64,000 nt of DNA, from positions 124,001 through 188,000 of the forward strand of contig JAPMXV010000030.1 in the NCBI GenBank assembly GCA_026936335.1, in the 5' to 3' direction. Shown here in pieces: positions 38,629-51,100 of this stretch. The DNA is from Mantamonas sphyraenae STR306 (Eukaryota; Protista; CRuMs). Every line of letters begins with the position of its first letter. The first letter of the stretch is position 1. The notes under the pieces are model-generated. The model made no database searches. It saw only the letters and a list, made by a program, of their open reading frames with translations, and was not told the DNA's origin. Position numbers and translations under genes: made by a program.

Positions 38629-40043
38629 TCACCGCGCTGCCATCCAGGTGACCAGCCACTTGAGGTCGGTGAGCATGTACTTGAGAGCCTTTGTCCACTG
38701 CTCCTCGCTGCTGGTGGACAACTTGACGCTGAGTTTCATGATCTTGTCTTCGTCGATGGCGTAGGGCAGCTTGAAGGAGGAGTCGAGGCTGCTGGCGTAC
38801 GATGCAAACTCATCGACGCAGGAGAGGAACCAATGCATGGCTGTGTCGTAGCGGCGCGACCACATAAACTTGCTGATGCCCAGCGAGTCGCTGCCGTACA
38901 GTTCGTATGTGTTCTTTTCGTCGTCCACCTTGGCCATTTTCGAGGACGAGCCGAGCGGGATCAGGCGATAGCGCTGGAACTCGTACTCGCACTGGCTGGC
39001 GAGGGTGTACAGAAGCAGCACGGTTTGGCCCCAGGCGGCGTTGAGTTCGTTCCAGTCGACGTTCACCGACGGCAGCCGCCCCAGCCGGAAGCCGTTGATG
39101 GTGCCAAAATGGCCGTCGTGCCAGATGTGGAATGTGTCGTTGAAGATGTTTGTGCGCCGGAGCTTCTCCAGCTGCATGCCCACGCTGTCCAACCGCGTGC
39201 GTACGCAATCCCGAGCCTCTTGGCTTTCGTGCAGGTGCATCTGGAACTCGTTGTAGTCGTTCCAGTACTGATTTTCAATCTCCTCCAGCTCAGCTTGCTC
39301 TTCCTGTGCGTCGTGAGGTGTGCGTGGGTCAGTGGTCAGTGTTTGCAGGGACGTACACGAGAGAGGGTGGAACGACGCGACCATCCTTTCCCCGCCCACA
39401 GCACACGTGGGAGAACGGGAATGTGACGGCGACCCATGGTACACATGGAAGCCGCACTCACCTCGAGTTTGCTCAGTTCTGTGTTGAGCGCACGGCGTTC
39501 CTTCTCCACATTGCGCAGCTGTTCCATGAGTTTGGCCTCTTCGGCAGCGGCGGCGGCCATTTCCTTTTCAAACTCCTCCTCGCTGGTGGACTGGAACTGG
39601 AGAGACTCGAGCTCGCTGAGGTACTGTCCATACACAGCACGCTCCTGGTCGGTTTCGCTGAGGCGCTTCTCGAGCTCTTCGAGGAGCAGGTCGCAGCACT
39701 CGTTGCACAGTGGCAGGTCGAGGTCACACTTGTCGGCCACAATGTCAAACAGCTGCAGTGCGAGGTATCTGCTGCGAGCATCGTCGTTCTCGCTGGTCTT
39801 GCCAGCCGTGGACGCCACGTTACCCGTTTCCATGAGTGCGCTGTTGCTGCTGGCGGCTTCTCCCTCTTCCTCGCTGCTGCCGCTTCCCTGCTGCTCCTGT
39901 TCGCCCTGGTCCTCGCCCTCGCCTGAGGTTTCTTGCTGCATCAGCTTGATGCCGGCAAACTCTTGGCCTTGCAGCGACAGAAAGTCGTTGTCCACCTCCA
40001 AGAGGGCCGAGCATCGTTGGCACGAGAACGCGCCGCTGTTCAT
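38629..40043 (-). CDS. ATG6: Beclin-1 / ATG6 (Vps30), 2 exons
   Basis: FSCQRC; DLPLCNECCD; LRRTNIFNDTFHIWHDGHFGTINGFRLGRLP...WNELNAAWGQ; WTKALKYMLTDLKW. Confidence 0.96.
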
Positions 40044-40207
40044 GGTGGACGGATGGCTTGGCAGAATGTGCGCACGGCGCGGAGTGAGGGTGTCACGCAA
40101 AACACGACATGAGCGAGGGTGGCGAGGTGTTGTTTTGAGTGTTGGTGAATGTGGTGAGACGTGGCGAGTGCGCCGCAGCTGGCAGCACAAAACAAACAGA
40201 ACAAGAA

Positions 40208-41076
40208 AGTAGGTGACCATACGTGGGACGACGTAGTGCGGTGTGCGTGTGTATGATGGGCCAAGTGTGCAGTCACATGCCACGTGGTGTGTGCATACAC
40301 GTGCACGTGTGTGTCTGGAGGGAGAAAGAGCAGAAGCGCAATGTGGGGAGCGGCGGGTGCTTTCTGTGAACTTTTTCCCAGAGGCAGCTTTGCCGGGCGG
40401 CAGGGACTGGAGGAGGAGGCAGTGGGAAAGGGGACGCAGACGAGAGGATGGGAGGGGAAGAGACGTATGTGTGTGGACACAAGCTGACGCGTGCGTGTGT
40501 GTGTGTGGCGTGGAAATGGGCGCGGTTTCACAGTGAAGGTGATTGCAGCATACCTCCTGGCCGCCATGAACGGCACCCCCGACGAGGCCAAGGTCAAGTC
40601 GATCCTGGAGAGCGTGGGCGCATCTGTGGATGGTGAGTGACGTGGGAGGGTGTGAGGCAAGAGGGAGCAGGCGTGTGTGCGTGTGTGTCGTGTGGGAGGG
40701 CGAAATGTGCCGTGGTGCATGCACGAGCGTCCGGCGCCCTCTCGCTCAGAGCGCCGGACAGGGGTGTAGAAGGCCGTGTGAGATAGGCGGTGTCGACGAT
40801 GGAAAACACACAGCATACTCACACGCACTCGGATACGCAACAGACGCTGCTCTGTCCAAGCTGATGGAGGAGACCGCCGGCAAGAGCGTGCAGGAGCTGC
40901 TGGACGCTGGCCGCGAGAAGATGCAGGCTGTGCCCTCCGGCGGTGTCGGTGGCGGTGCCGCCTCGGCTGGTGCTGCCGCTGCCGGTGGCGCCGCTGCCGG
41001 TGGTGACGACGACGAAGACAAGAGCTCCAGCGAGTCCGAGTCCGACGACGACATGGGATTCTCTCTCTTCGATTAA
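40208..41076 (+). CDS. RPLP2: 60S acidic ribosomal protein P2, copy 1 (exons 40208, 40534-40632, 40844-41076)
   Basis: MKVIAAYLLAAMNGTPDEAKVKSILESVG...ESDDDMGFSLFD; start codon split A|TG by intron 40209-40533. Confidence 0.93.
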
Positions 41077-41166
41077 TTCGTTGCGAGGAAAATGCAATCC
41101 AGTGCACCCAACACCCACCATTCGGTGCGTTTATTGATGGCCAGGTCTTGCTTCTATCATATTGTG

Positions 41167-42435
41167 TCAATCCGTGCGGCCGTCATGAAGCGCAACACTC
41201 TCCAAGAGCGTGTCGACGGTGTGCAGATGCGCTCGTCCGGCAATGCATGCAGCTGCTCGCAAGCGGAACGCAGCCAGAGCAGCGCTGTGACAATTCCACA
41301 CTGCAAACGCCTTGCACACGCCCAGGGCATGACAGGTCCAGGCCGTGTCTATGCACGCGCGAACAGTCTCCAAGTCTCCGCGCCTGAGCATTTTCTCCAC
41401 AGAGGCGTAGGCATCTTCAGGTCCCATCTGCGCTGCGCAATGCAGCCATTTCCAAATCACATCGTCTCGTATGCTGTCTGGAAGCTGTACATCGACGAGC
41501 CAGTGCGTGGTCAGATCCAACAGCTCGCTGCCTGCGTCCACTGTGTGTCCATCGCCCTCATCGCCCTTGCCATGCATAAGCTCCATTTCTGTGCGGCCAT
41601 CTTGATCCCACGCATCGAACGTCAGCACTCCAGCCTGCAGCATGTCCGCCAGGAGCGGTTCAACAAACACGCCTCCATGCCACCTCAGGACGGGCACGGC
41701 CTCGTTGAGCCACTCGACGGCCTCGGAGTTTGAGGTGCACAGCTGCATCACATCCTCAACAACCTCTTTGTACACTATTTCCTCTCCTGCGTCACCCAGT
41801 AGCGTGGAACAAATCAGCGCAGCCAATTCGGCCTGTACATCCACACACGTCTCCTGAACCGTCTCCTTGCCACCCCATACATCCAACAAGGATGAGAGCA
41901 TGCGTAGGATGCGCTCCTCCACCTTTGGACACCCGCGCCACAGCTGCAGCAGGTTGCGTCCGCACGAGTACGTCTCTTGCACGTCTGTACAATGGACCAT
42001 ACACCGGTTGAGCACATCACACACACCGACCACCACTTCTGCATCCGATCGTTGTTCTTCCATGTTTACGATGCATGCATTCCACGCCCCAGGCGTGCGA
42101 GTTGCCAACATGGATTCCAGCAGCTCGCTTGCGAGCTCCAAGGCGACCCCATGTGCCCCGAGGATATGCAACAGACGCTCAGTGACGTGCAATACACGCT
42201 CGTGCTGTGCCTGCTTCTCCTGCACCGTACACCAGGCCACTATCCTGTCCGTTTCACGAGCACCGTCGTTCTGCTTGCTTAGGTCTGACGGTGGCCACAC
42301 GACATCCTCGACCTCCTTCCCATGCATCCCTTCCTCCCCTCGTACGATGCGCAGCAGAGCAGTGTCCACCCAAGCCTCGTCTTGGTCGTGGGCGCCGTTG
42401 GTGTCCCCGCTGCTGCTCGAACTGCTTGATTCCAT
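41167..42435 (-). CDS. Hypothetical protein, helical, 422 aa
   Basis: Long ORF with coding-like composition filling the gap between genes; no motif recognised. Confidence 0.55.
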   Translation of the reverse strand: MESSSSSSSGDTNGAHDQDEAWVDTALLRIVRGEEGMHGKEVEDVVWPPSDLSKQNDGARETDRIVAWCTVQEKQAQHERVLHVTERLLHILGAHGVALELASELLESMLATRTPGAWNACIVNMEEQRSDAEVVVGVCDVLNRCMVHCTDVQETYSCGRNLLQLWRGCPKVEERILRMLSSLLDVWGGKETVQETCVDVQAELAALICSTLLGDAGEEIVYKEVVEDVMQLCTSNSEAVEWLNEAVPVLRWHGGVFVEPLLADMLQAGVLTFDAWDQDGRTEMELMHGKGDEGDGHTVDAGSELLDLTTHWLVDVQLPDSIRDDVIWKWLHCAAQMGPEDAYASVEKMLRRGDLETVRACIDTAWTCHALGVCKAFAVWNCHSAALAAFRLRAAACIAGRAHLHTVDTLLESVALHDGRTD

Positions 42436-42521
42436 TGCATGCAGAGTCGCGTGCGCAATCCATCCACATGATGCGGTTAAACAAACACTCTATTGCCTAT
42501 TGTCCTTTCCCATCCCCGCAT

Positions 42522-43157
42522 CTACGAGTCGTACTCGCTCTGCACGACGCTGAAAATGAGTCCCATCACAACAAGGCCCGCTACGCAAAAGAACCCAACC
42601 AGAAGGGTGCTCGTGAGCATGACCCCGATGAACAAAAGCACAATGGTGCGCATGATGCCTGCACCGGCGAGCTCGGCCATGCAGACAATGCCCTGGACGA
42701 GCTTGATGAGCGCGGCAACGTCGCGCAGATCCAGGCCAATCACGACCACAATGGCACCTGTGAGCACTGTCCAGATGTTGAGCAAACCAAAAAGGCGGTA
42801 AATGTTCATCGTCGAGGCAGGGTGAGGTGGCTGAATGTCTGCGTCGTGCACACGCTGCGGATCAGGCCCAAAGCGACGGAACAGCCATCCCACGAGCCAG
42901 GCAAACATGTACTGTGCCGAAAGGTCCATAATGAGCCCCAAAAGCCACAGCTCTGTGGAAATGCCAATCTGGCGGGCCACAAAGCGCACAAGCTGCTTGC
43001 CAAACTCATTCGACATAGCCTCTTGCCGTTCGTCGAGCATGCTGGCAACCAGGCGATCAAACACCTGCAGCAGCACGGCTGTGTGAAGAGTGTCTGAGCG
43101 CATGGCCATGCGCACAAGCGGTGTCGGCTCACGCAGGTGGTTGACTGCGCTAAACAT
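42522..43157 (-). CDS. Hypothetical multi-pass membrane protein
   Basis: 211-aa ORF with about 4 hydrophobic segments; starts divergently 62 bp from eIF5. Confidence 0.55.
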   Translation of the reverse strand: MFSAVNHLREPTPLVRMAMRSDTLHTAVLLQVFDRLVASMLDERQEAMSNEFGKQLVRFVARQIGISTELWLLGLIMDLSAQYMFAWLVGWLFRRFGPDPQRVHDADIQPPHPASTMNIYRLFGLLNIWTVLTGAIVVVIGLDLRDVAALIKLVQGIVCMAELAGAGIMRTIVLLFIGVMLTSTLLVGFFCVAGLVVMGLIFSVVQSEYDS

Positions 43158-43219
43158 GGTGAGTTGGAAAGTTCTGGGTTGCCAGCGCCGTCGCTAGCTT
43201 GGGCAACAATAATCCAACC

Positions 43220-44814
43220 ATGTCTGTAGCTACAATCAACATTGGTGGAGACGCCAATGACGAATCCTATCGATACCAGATGCCCAAGATGAACATCAAG
43301 ATCGAGGGTTCCGGAAACGGTATCAAAACCCTGGTGACCAACGCGGCCGACGTCGCAAAGGCCCTGCACATCCCGCCCGAGTGTACGTGAAAGCCAGCCG
43401 CACAATCAGCGGCCCTGCCGAGCCCGGAACACATGCCGTGGCCATGAGCCAGGAGGTGTGGGGTCAACGTGACATGGGATTGGGCCAGTCTTCTTGGAAA
43501 TCGCAGTTCATTTTGCCTCTGCTGACACGCCGCGGGCACACATGCACACAGACGTCACAAAGTACTTTGGAAACGAACTGGGTGCACAGTCCAAGTACGA
43601 CACGACGCGTGAGGCCTCCGTAGTCAACGGAGAGTTTGACTACAAGACTATGTTTGGTAGGTGGCTTGCGGTTGCATGTTCGAGCTCGCCTGCACACACG
43701 CACACTGACACGTAGTTGCCACTGGGTCTTGCGTGCACTCGCGTCCACACACATGCTCCTCACAGACATCTTGCAGACGTTCATTTCCGAGTTCATTCTG
43801 TGTCCGCAGTGTTCGCTGCCCGAGTTGACCATGCAGGTTCACAACAAGGACATCCTGATCGATTGCGCAGCCTGTGGTTACAACGGCAACCTGCAGTCCG
43901 TCCACAAGCTCACCACATACATCCTGAAGAACCCGCCTGACAAGAGCGGCATGTACACGGCCGGCGGAGGCACCTCGTCGGGCAAGAAGCTGACCAAAGC
44001 TCAGAAGAAGGCGCTGAAGAAGGCACAGAAGAAGGCACAACGTGAGCAGGCCGCAGGCACCAAGAAGCCCAAGGGCGGCGGCGAGTCGGAGGGCATGGTG
44101 TTCAACGACGAGGGCCTGGAGGACCTGAAGAACATGCAGCTGGCCGCCGACGGCGAGGTGGAATGGTCCACAGAGACGGGTGAGGAGGCAGCAGCACAGC
44201 GAGCCAAGGAGGCAGGTCTGCCTGCTTCCCTTCTCAAGGCCATGGGCCAGGCGCCCAGCCGTCCCTCCGAGTACGACGTGGACGCCGAGTTTGAGGTGGT
44301 CGTGCAGGGTCTGGCCTCCATGATCAAGGAGGAGGTGGAGGATGAGGACGTGTACGAGGCTGCCGTGGCAGCGCTGAAGAAGGAGGAGCTGGACGGCGAG
44401 GAGGAGCGTGCGTATGTGGTGATGTCCGCCCTGCTGCAAAACACCAACGCGGCCGAGCTGGTCAAGACGCTCAACGAGTACGAAGAGCTTTTGGGCAAGA
44501 TCAGCGAGTCGGAGAAGCAGCAAAAGGTGCTGGTTGGGGCCACGGAGCGCTTTGTGGCCTTCCGCGCAAACAAGAATTACGCGCTTGCCGCAGTGGTCTT
44601 CAAGGTGCTGTATGACAACGACCACCTGGACGAGGAGGTCATTCGTGCTTGGCACGAGCGTCCCATCAACCACAACCGCTATTTGGCAGATGCAAAGGTG
44701 GCTGGCGAGATCAAGACGGCGCTGGACCCGATGATCACCTGGCTCGACGAGGCCGAGGAAGACGAGTCGGAAGAGGAGGATGATGAGGACGAAGAAGAGG
44801 AGGAGAGCGACTGA
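43220..44814 (+). CDS. EIF5: Translation initiation factor eIF5, 3 exons
   Basis: YRYQMPKMNIKIEGSGNGIKT; TKYFGNELGAQ; FILCPQCSLPE...CAACG; C-terminal W2 domain (LYDNDHLDEE...W...WLDEAEE). Confidence 0.96.
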
Positions 44815-44962
44815 GTGGTGGTGTGACAGTGCAGAAGTGAAATGATGTTTGCCTTTGCTCGGGGACGCAGTCCTTGCTTGTGAAGGTGCTCGTCTCTGGC
44901 TGGACGGAGCAACATGAAAAGCAAACGAAAGAGTGTGGTGCTTGGTTGAGAAAGGCACGGAT

Positions 44963-45858
44963 TTAATCGAAGAGAGAGAATCCCATGTCGTCGTCGGACT
45001 CGGACTCGCTGGAGCTCTTGTCTTCGTCGTCGTCACCACCGGCAGCGGCGCCACCAGCAGCGGCAGCACCAGCCGAGGCGGCACCGCCACCGACACCGCC
45101 GGAGGGCACAGCCTGCATCTTCTCGCGGCCAGCGTCCAGCAGCTCCTGCACGCTCTTGCCGGCGGTCTCCTCCATCAGCTTGGACAGAGCAGCGTCTGTA
45201 CAGCAGCACACAGGAACGGGTCAGCATCATCGTACACATTGTGCAACGTGTCTTGTCACTCTGCATCGCAACCACATGGAGATGGCATTGGATGGCTCAT
45301 ACTTGGCGAGAACGGGAGGCGCTTGCCCAGCGTTCGCGGGAAACGCATGCACCACGGCACATTTCGCCCTCCCACACGACACACACACACACACGCCTGC
45401 TCCCTCTTGCCTCACACCCTCCCACGTCACTCACCATCCACAGATGCGCCCACGCTCTCCAGGATCGACTTGACCTTGGCCTCGTCGGGGGTGCCGTTCA
45501 TGGCGGCCAGGAGGTATGCTGCAATCACCTTCACTGTGAAACCGCGCCCATTTCCACGCCACACACACACACGCACGCGTCAGCTTGTGTCCACACACAT
45601 ACGTCTCTTCCTCTCCCATCCTCTCGTCTGCGTCCCCTCTCCCACTGCCTTCTCCTCCAGTCCCTGCCGCCCGGCAAAGCTGCCTCTGGGAAAAAGTTCA
45701 CAGAAAGCACCCGCCGCTCCCCACATTGCGCTCTGCTCTTCCTCCCTCCAGACACACACGTGCACGTGTATGCACACACCACGTGGCATGTGACTGCACA
45801 CTTGGCCCGTCATACACACGCACACCGCACTACGTCGTCCCACGTATGGTCACCTACT
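44963..45858 (-). CDS. RPLP2: 60S acidic ribosomal protein P2, copy 2 (exons 45858, 45533-45435, 45195-44963)
   Basis: Same protein sequence and split start codon as copy 1, in inverted orientation. Confidence 0.93.
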
Positions 45859-45964
45859 TTCTTGTTCTGTTTGTTTTGTGCTGCCAGCTGCGGCGCACTC
45901 GCCACGTCTCACCACATTCACCAACACTCAAACAACACCTCGCCACCCTCGCTCATGGCCCACT

Positions 45965-47048
45965 TCAGCACCAGACAGTGACCATCTTGTCCTTGTCACC
46001 CACCGAAGCCACCATGTCGCCCGCGGGACTCCAGGCCACACCCGTGACATTGCCCGTGTGGCCCGTCATCAACGACTGCCGCTTGCCCTTGCGCACATCC
46101 CACACAAACACCTCACCGCCAGCACTTCCTGCACAGATGTATGCTGCGTCGCTGCTGAAGCACGCACGCGTCCAATTCACGCCGTTGCGATAGCTCGAGT
46201 CCGACACCGTCTGCAGCGCTTCAAACATGCGCAAGTCCACAATGTTCAGCTTGTTATCGCGACCATTGGTGACCAGAAGCGTACCGTCCTGCGAAACACG
46301 CCGTCGACGTGACTTGCGACGTGTGCAGCTCGGTGAGCTCGTGGACGCACTTGCCACTGCGCATGTCCCACACACGCACATTCGAGTCAAAGTGACCCGA
46401 CACCACGTACATGCCATCGCTTGTCCAGCTCACATCGTTGCAGCTCGAGATGCAGAACATCGTCTTTGTGCAGTACCCCTTGCTTAGATCCCACAGCTTC
46501 AGTGTGCGGTCGTGCGACCCCGACAGCACCAGCATAGAGTCTACTGAAAACTTGGCCGACAGAATCTTGCCTGTGTGGCCCGTCAGCGTATGTCGCAGAC
46601 GGTGGCCGCGTGTGCTCCACACACGTGCCGCGTTGTCGTTGCTGCTGCCCAGCACAAACTCTCCGTTCTCGCTAAACTCCACAGATGTCACGCCTTGGTT
46701 GCATCCGTGCAGCGTCGCTTGCAGCCTGCCCGTGTTTGTGTCCCAGATCTTTACGTTCTTGTCTGTCGATCCCGTCACCAACGACGCCCCCGATGGATCA
46801 AACGCCACACAGTTGATCTCTGCCGAGTGACCATTCTGCATGTATGGTTGTGTGTGGTGTCAGTGCCTGCAGCAATCAAGCGCGGGGCAGCCCTCCTCAC
46901 GGTCTCTTCCTCTCCTGTCCTTCGCCTCTTCAACATACCCATTGCTTGTACACTTTGCTGGGCACAGTCACACCCACAGAGTACCCAGAGCCTGCCATCT
47001 TAAAGTCACCCAGGTCGATCTTGGCCGTCTCTGGGTCCACTTCCACAG

Positions 47049-47088
<40 letters not shown>

Positions 47089-48064
47089 TGCCCCTTCCTT
47101 GCGCGTCATCAGTTCCTGGTAGAAGCTGTTTGCTTCGTTCATCCTGTTTGCCTCTGCATTCATCTTCTCCAGCCATCTTCGTACAATCTCCTTGTTCTCC
47201 TTCTTCAGCTGGCTCAGCTGACCCTCCCATTGCTTGTGCTCGCTCTGTACCATCCTGTCAGTGTCCGCACGGTAGTGCATGGGCCACCCCTGCCCCTCCC
47301 ACCCACTGGCTACGCACACGCCCATCACAAAGGTCCACACACTCACCTGCAGCGCCTGAAGCTCATCCCGCAAGATCTCCAGCGTCTCTTCTTTGTCTTC
47401 CAGTTCCTTCACAAGCACCCCAACGTGTGCGTTTGTTTGTTGCATCTTTCCTTGAAGTTCATCGATGCTGTTCCACACACAGGACCGCTTCATGTGTGAG
47501 CATTTGAGGAAACCAACCCACAATCGTTTCCCACCGAGCTTCTCTCTCTTGCACTTACGTCAGCTGCTTCGCCGAGATTTCCTTCTTCTTTGCTTTGATT
47601 TCCTCCTGGCTCCGCACCATCTCTTCGTGCGCCGCCTCAAACTTGGCCTGTGTTTCTCGCACTTCCGTGTTCAGGCGCGCCACTTCTTGGTTCATGGCCA
47701 ACAGACTTTCTGCCGTGTCCTCTGTGCCCCCGCTGTTTGCACCAGATGCACATACACGTATCCACGGAGTGTCAGCCACTCTCCTGCGTGTCCGGTCGCC
47801 CGAGGGAACAGCTCACCGCGTGGCAATTCCTTACATCTGCTCCTTCAGACTGGCAACGGTTTCGCCCAGCTCAATGTTGGCATTGTGCGCCGAGCGTTCA
47901 CGCTCTTGGAGCTGTCTGTACTTGCTGCTCATGTCGCTTTGCTCCCGCATGTTGGTTTCGTATTGTGCAAACACGTCGGCGAAGTGGCCCGTCTGCACAC
48001 GGTCCCTCTCCACCAGTGCCTGCCAGAACACACGCTTGTATGCCGCCTGTTGCTCTTCTTCCAT
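45965..48064 (-). CDS. ATG16: Autophagy protein ATG16 (ATG16L1-like: ATG5-binding helix, coiled coil, WD40); apparent +1 frameshift at ~46295
   Basis: N-terminal WQALVERDRVQ; LRDELQALQ...ENKEIVRRWLEKMNAEANRMNEAN; WD repeats RLRHTLTGHTGK...GSHDRTLKLWDLSKGYC. Confidence 0.9.
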
Positions 48065-48157
48065 CCGTGGATCACCGCTTGCTGCTGGTGGGTTGAATGC
48101 CGTTTGGTCGCACCCGCGCTGGGCACCAAACTGCAACGCCCCCACACTCACTCTGCC

Positions 48158-51100
48158 ATGGCTTCCGACGTGCTACCCGTGCCATGGGCGCTCCTGTTAC
48201 TCGTGTGCGCTGTGGCGTTGCTTGTGGCCTATGTCACGTGGCGCATCTTGCCTCCTGCGCGCTCGCTCCTCGACAGGGTCATCTTTGTCCAGGTGTTTTT
48301 TGGCCTTCTCATCTGCGCCGTCATCGTCGTCCTACTGCCCATCGACCTTCAAATCAACCTCTTTACAAACGGCGCAGGGTATGTGCCTTGTCTCTGCGGA
48401 CTCGTGTGCGAGTGTGTGTGCCCGTTCTGCTTTCGCTGACACCTGTTCCGATTCCAGAGCCGACGTCGAGGGTCTCCGTGGTCTGGACTACGACACAATG
48501 ATGATTGCATGGAGGTGAGTGCGTCGGTCACTCCACGTCCACGCTCATGTTTCTCCTGTGGACTTGATGTGCACCTGAATGGGTTGCCGCTGACACACGC
48601 TCGCCTGCTTCAGCCCTCTCTACTGGATCTCACAGTTGTGCAGCCAGGCAGCTGTATTGCTCTTTGCCCTGTTGCGCTCTGGTTATTTGACCCCAGGGAC
48701 TCGATTCAAAGCCACGGTGCTCGACTGGCTCAAGCTTCGCGTCGGGGCAGTGGCGGTCGGCTTGATCGTCATTCTTGGCGTCTACCTGTCGGGCAACCGT
48801 ATCGACACGCAGGACGAGTTTTGGTCACTGCTTGGAGGGTATCTCAAAGCGCTGCTGAACGCGGTGGGGCAGATTCAGCTCATGCTCTTCTTGGGCTATG
48901 GCCTTTGGAACGTCCCGTTGCGTGTGTACCGCTCAGGATCGGTGGAGCAACGCAGGCGGGTGCTGCTGGTCGAGGAGCGTCGCTGCAGGTACTTTGTGGA
49001 ACAGAGACAGCTGGCCTGGGAGGCAGCACAAGACCTTGTGGACAAGCAGCTTCAACAATTGCCCAGCAAACACTCACTACGCGCCGTCTACGAGGCATCC
49101 AAGGACGACCCACTCCTGATGGATATCATGGACGACGGAGACGTTGAAGCAGACTGGCCTGCGGAGCAACAGGACTCCATCGCACTGGACGGCAGCACAC
49201 GAGGCGCACGACGAAGCGGGGCCACAGAGAACACGCCGCTGCTCGCGCAAACGTCGGGAGGCGCAGCAACCACTGCACGTGCGCATACAAGCAAGCGAAT
49301 GCATGCAGCACACGCCAAGCATGCGGAAAAATTGACCAAGGAGCATGCACAGCTGGCCAAAGTCCGCGCCAAACTCATTCTCGCAAAGATCGATCTGCAA
49401 GAGGCCGAGAACGACCTCGTGGATGTACAAACGGAACTGGCACAGCTGCGTGACGTAGACAAGAACTCTGTGTCCACACGCAATCTGTTTGCCAAGTTGG
49501 GAGCGGCCGCAGCCGGCGCCCTGTCGCTCCTCATTGTTTGGAGTGAAACCATCGGCCTCACGTCTGTGGCTGCCGTGCGTGGGGGTTCCACAGACGGAGA
49601 CGTGGTTGATTTGTCCCATTTGTCCATTGTGGGTATCATCCTGCGCAACTCGCTCGACTTTGCGTACGAGACCTTCCTTCTGTGTCTCCTCCCGCTGCTG
49701 TACATATGCGCCTGTACCTACACGTCTGTGCTGGGTCTGAAAGTGCGCTTCCTCAACATTTATGCCGTGCGCGTGCACCACGATTCCGAGCCTGCGTCTG
49801 TGGTCAAGTTGACGGCCTTCCTGCTTGCGCTGATCAACCCGATCTGTTTGAACTTTGTGCTGATCGTGGGCAACTGGGATGGCAACACAGACCGGTTCCC
49901 CACAGCCTACCAGGGCTTCTATGGCGACATGGCCTACGTGCCTCTGTTTGGTTCGCTGTTCTCCGTGTACATTCCCTGGCTGCTGGTGGTGACCATTGTC
50001 GCCACCGTGCTACAGCTTCCAGCTCGCATCGACGAATACCTGCGCACGCGAAAGCACATGAAACGGTCCGACACGCGCGCTGGGCGCTCCTGGCTACGCA
50101 CCATGGGGCGTGGAAGGCGTCGAGGCAGCGGCGACAGCGACGACAGCGACGACGCAGACCGGGACGCCTTTCGCAGAGAGCAAGCCGCGTTCCTGCGGAC
50201 GTTCAAAAGTGCCACGGACAACGATGAAGTGCGTGGACGTATCCACGCAAAGACAGAGGACACGATGGAGCGGTACCGTCAGGAGTTTCGGCAGCAAAAG
50301 GCACGCGACAAGCAGCAGCGTGAAGCTGCGCTGGCAGCCACGCCGCCTCTGGATATTCCTGTGCACGATGATGCAAAGAGTGCGCGTAAGAAGCGGCTGT
50401 TGAAGCACAGGCTGTCCATGAGCAGCGACAAGATGCGCAATTTGCTTGCACGATCGCGTGGCAGCCGCAAAATGCTCTGGGACGAAGAAGTGGCGCCTGT
50501 GGGTCTGCAGGAGCGCTTATGTTACACCAAGGAGTGCTTTGAGGGCATCGAGACACTGGAGCTGCTTCTGGAGAACGAGCGGGCGCAGGAAGTGTTGGCC
50601 AGTCAAATCGAAACGGCGCCGTCGCTGAGGGACATCCAACATGCAGCACTGAAGTTTTGGTGGATGGTGTTGCGCCTGTGGGCGGTGGAGCGACAAGACA
50701 CGTATGGCAAGGCTATGGAGCTGCGGTTCGTGGAGTTTGTGGAACAGATTGCAGCGTATGCCAAGGTGAGTGCGCAGGAGAGGGTGGAGATGGCCTCGAG
50801 TATGGCCACCAAGTTTGCATACCATCCAGAAGTCGATTTGCCAGAGAATGTGTACCAAAGCGTGGTGGAAGGGCTGGCAAGCGGAAACACAGATCTGTGG
50901 ACGGAATCCAAAGCGTTCTGCATGGACAAGCTGAAGGAAACCATCTATCCGGAGGCATTGCTGGACGTGCACCGACGACTGCGGATGCAGGGAGTTGAGA
51001 CAGGCCGAGCAGCAATGACGCTGTCGCACTTTTGCTCGCTGAGCGTCCGATACAGCACGACGAGCAAAGTGACGTTGGTGAGTGCTGAGGGTGTGCGGCG

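Larger units (their letters stand above)
40108..45957. repeat. Inverted segmental duplication: 40108-41076 versus 44963-45957
   Basis: Near-identical reverse-complement blocks 40108-40722 / 45345-45957 and 40840-41076 / 44963-45199. Confidence 0.93.
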
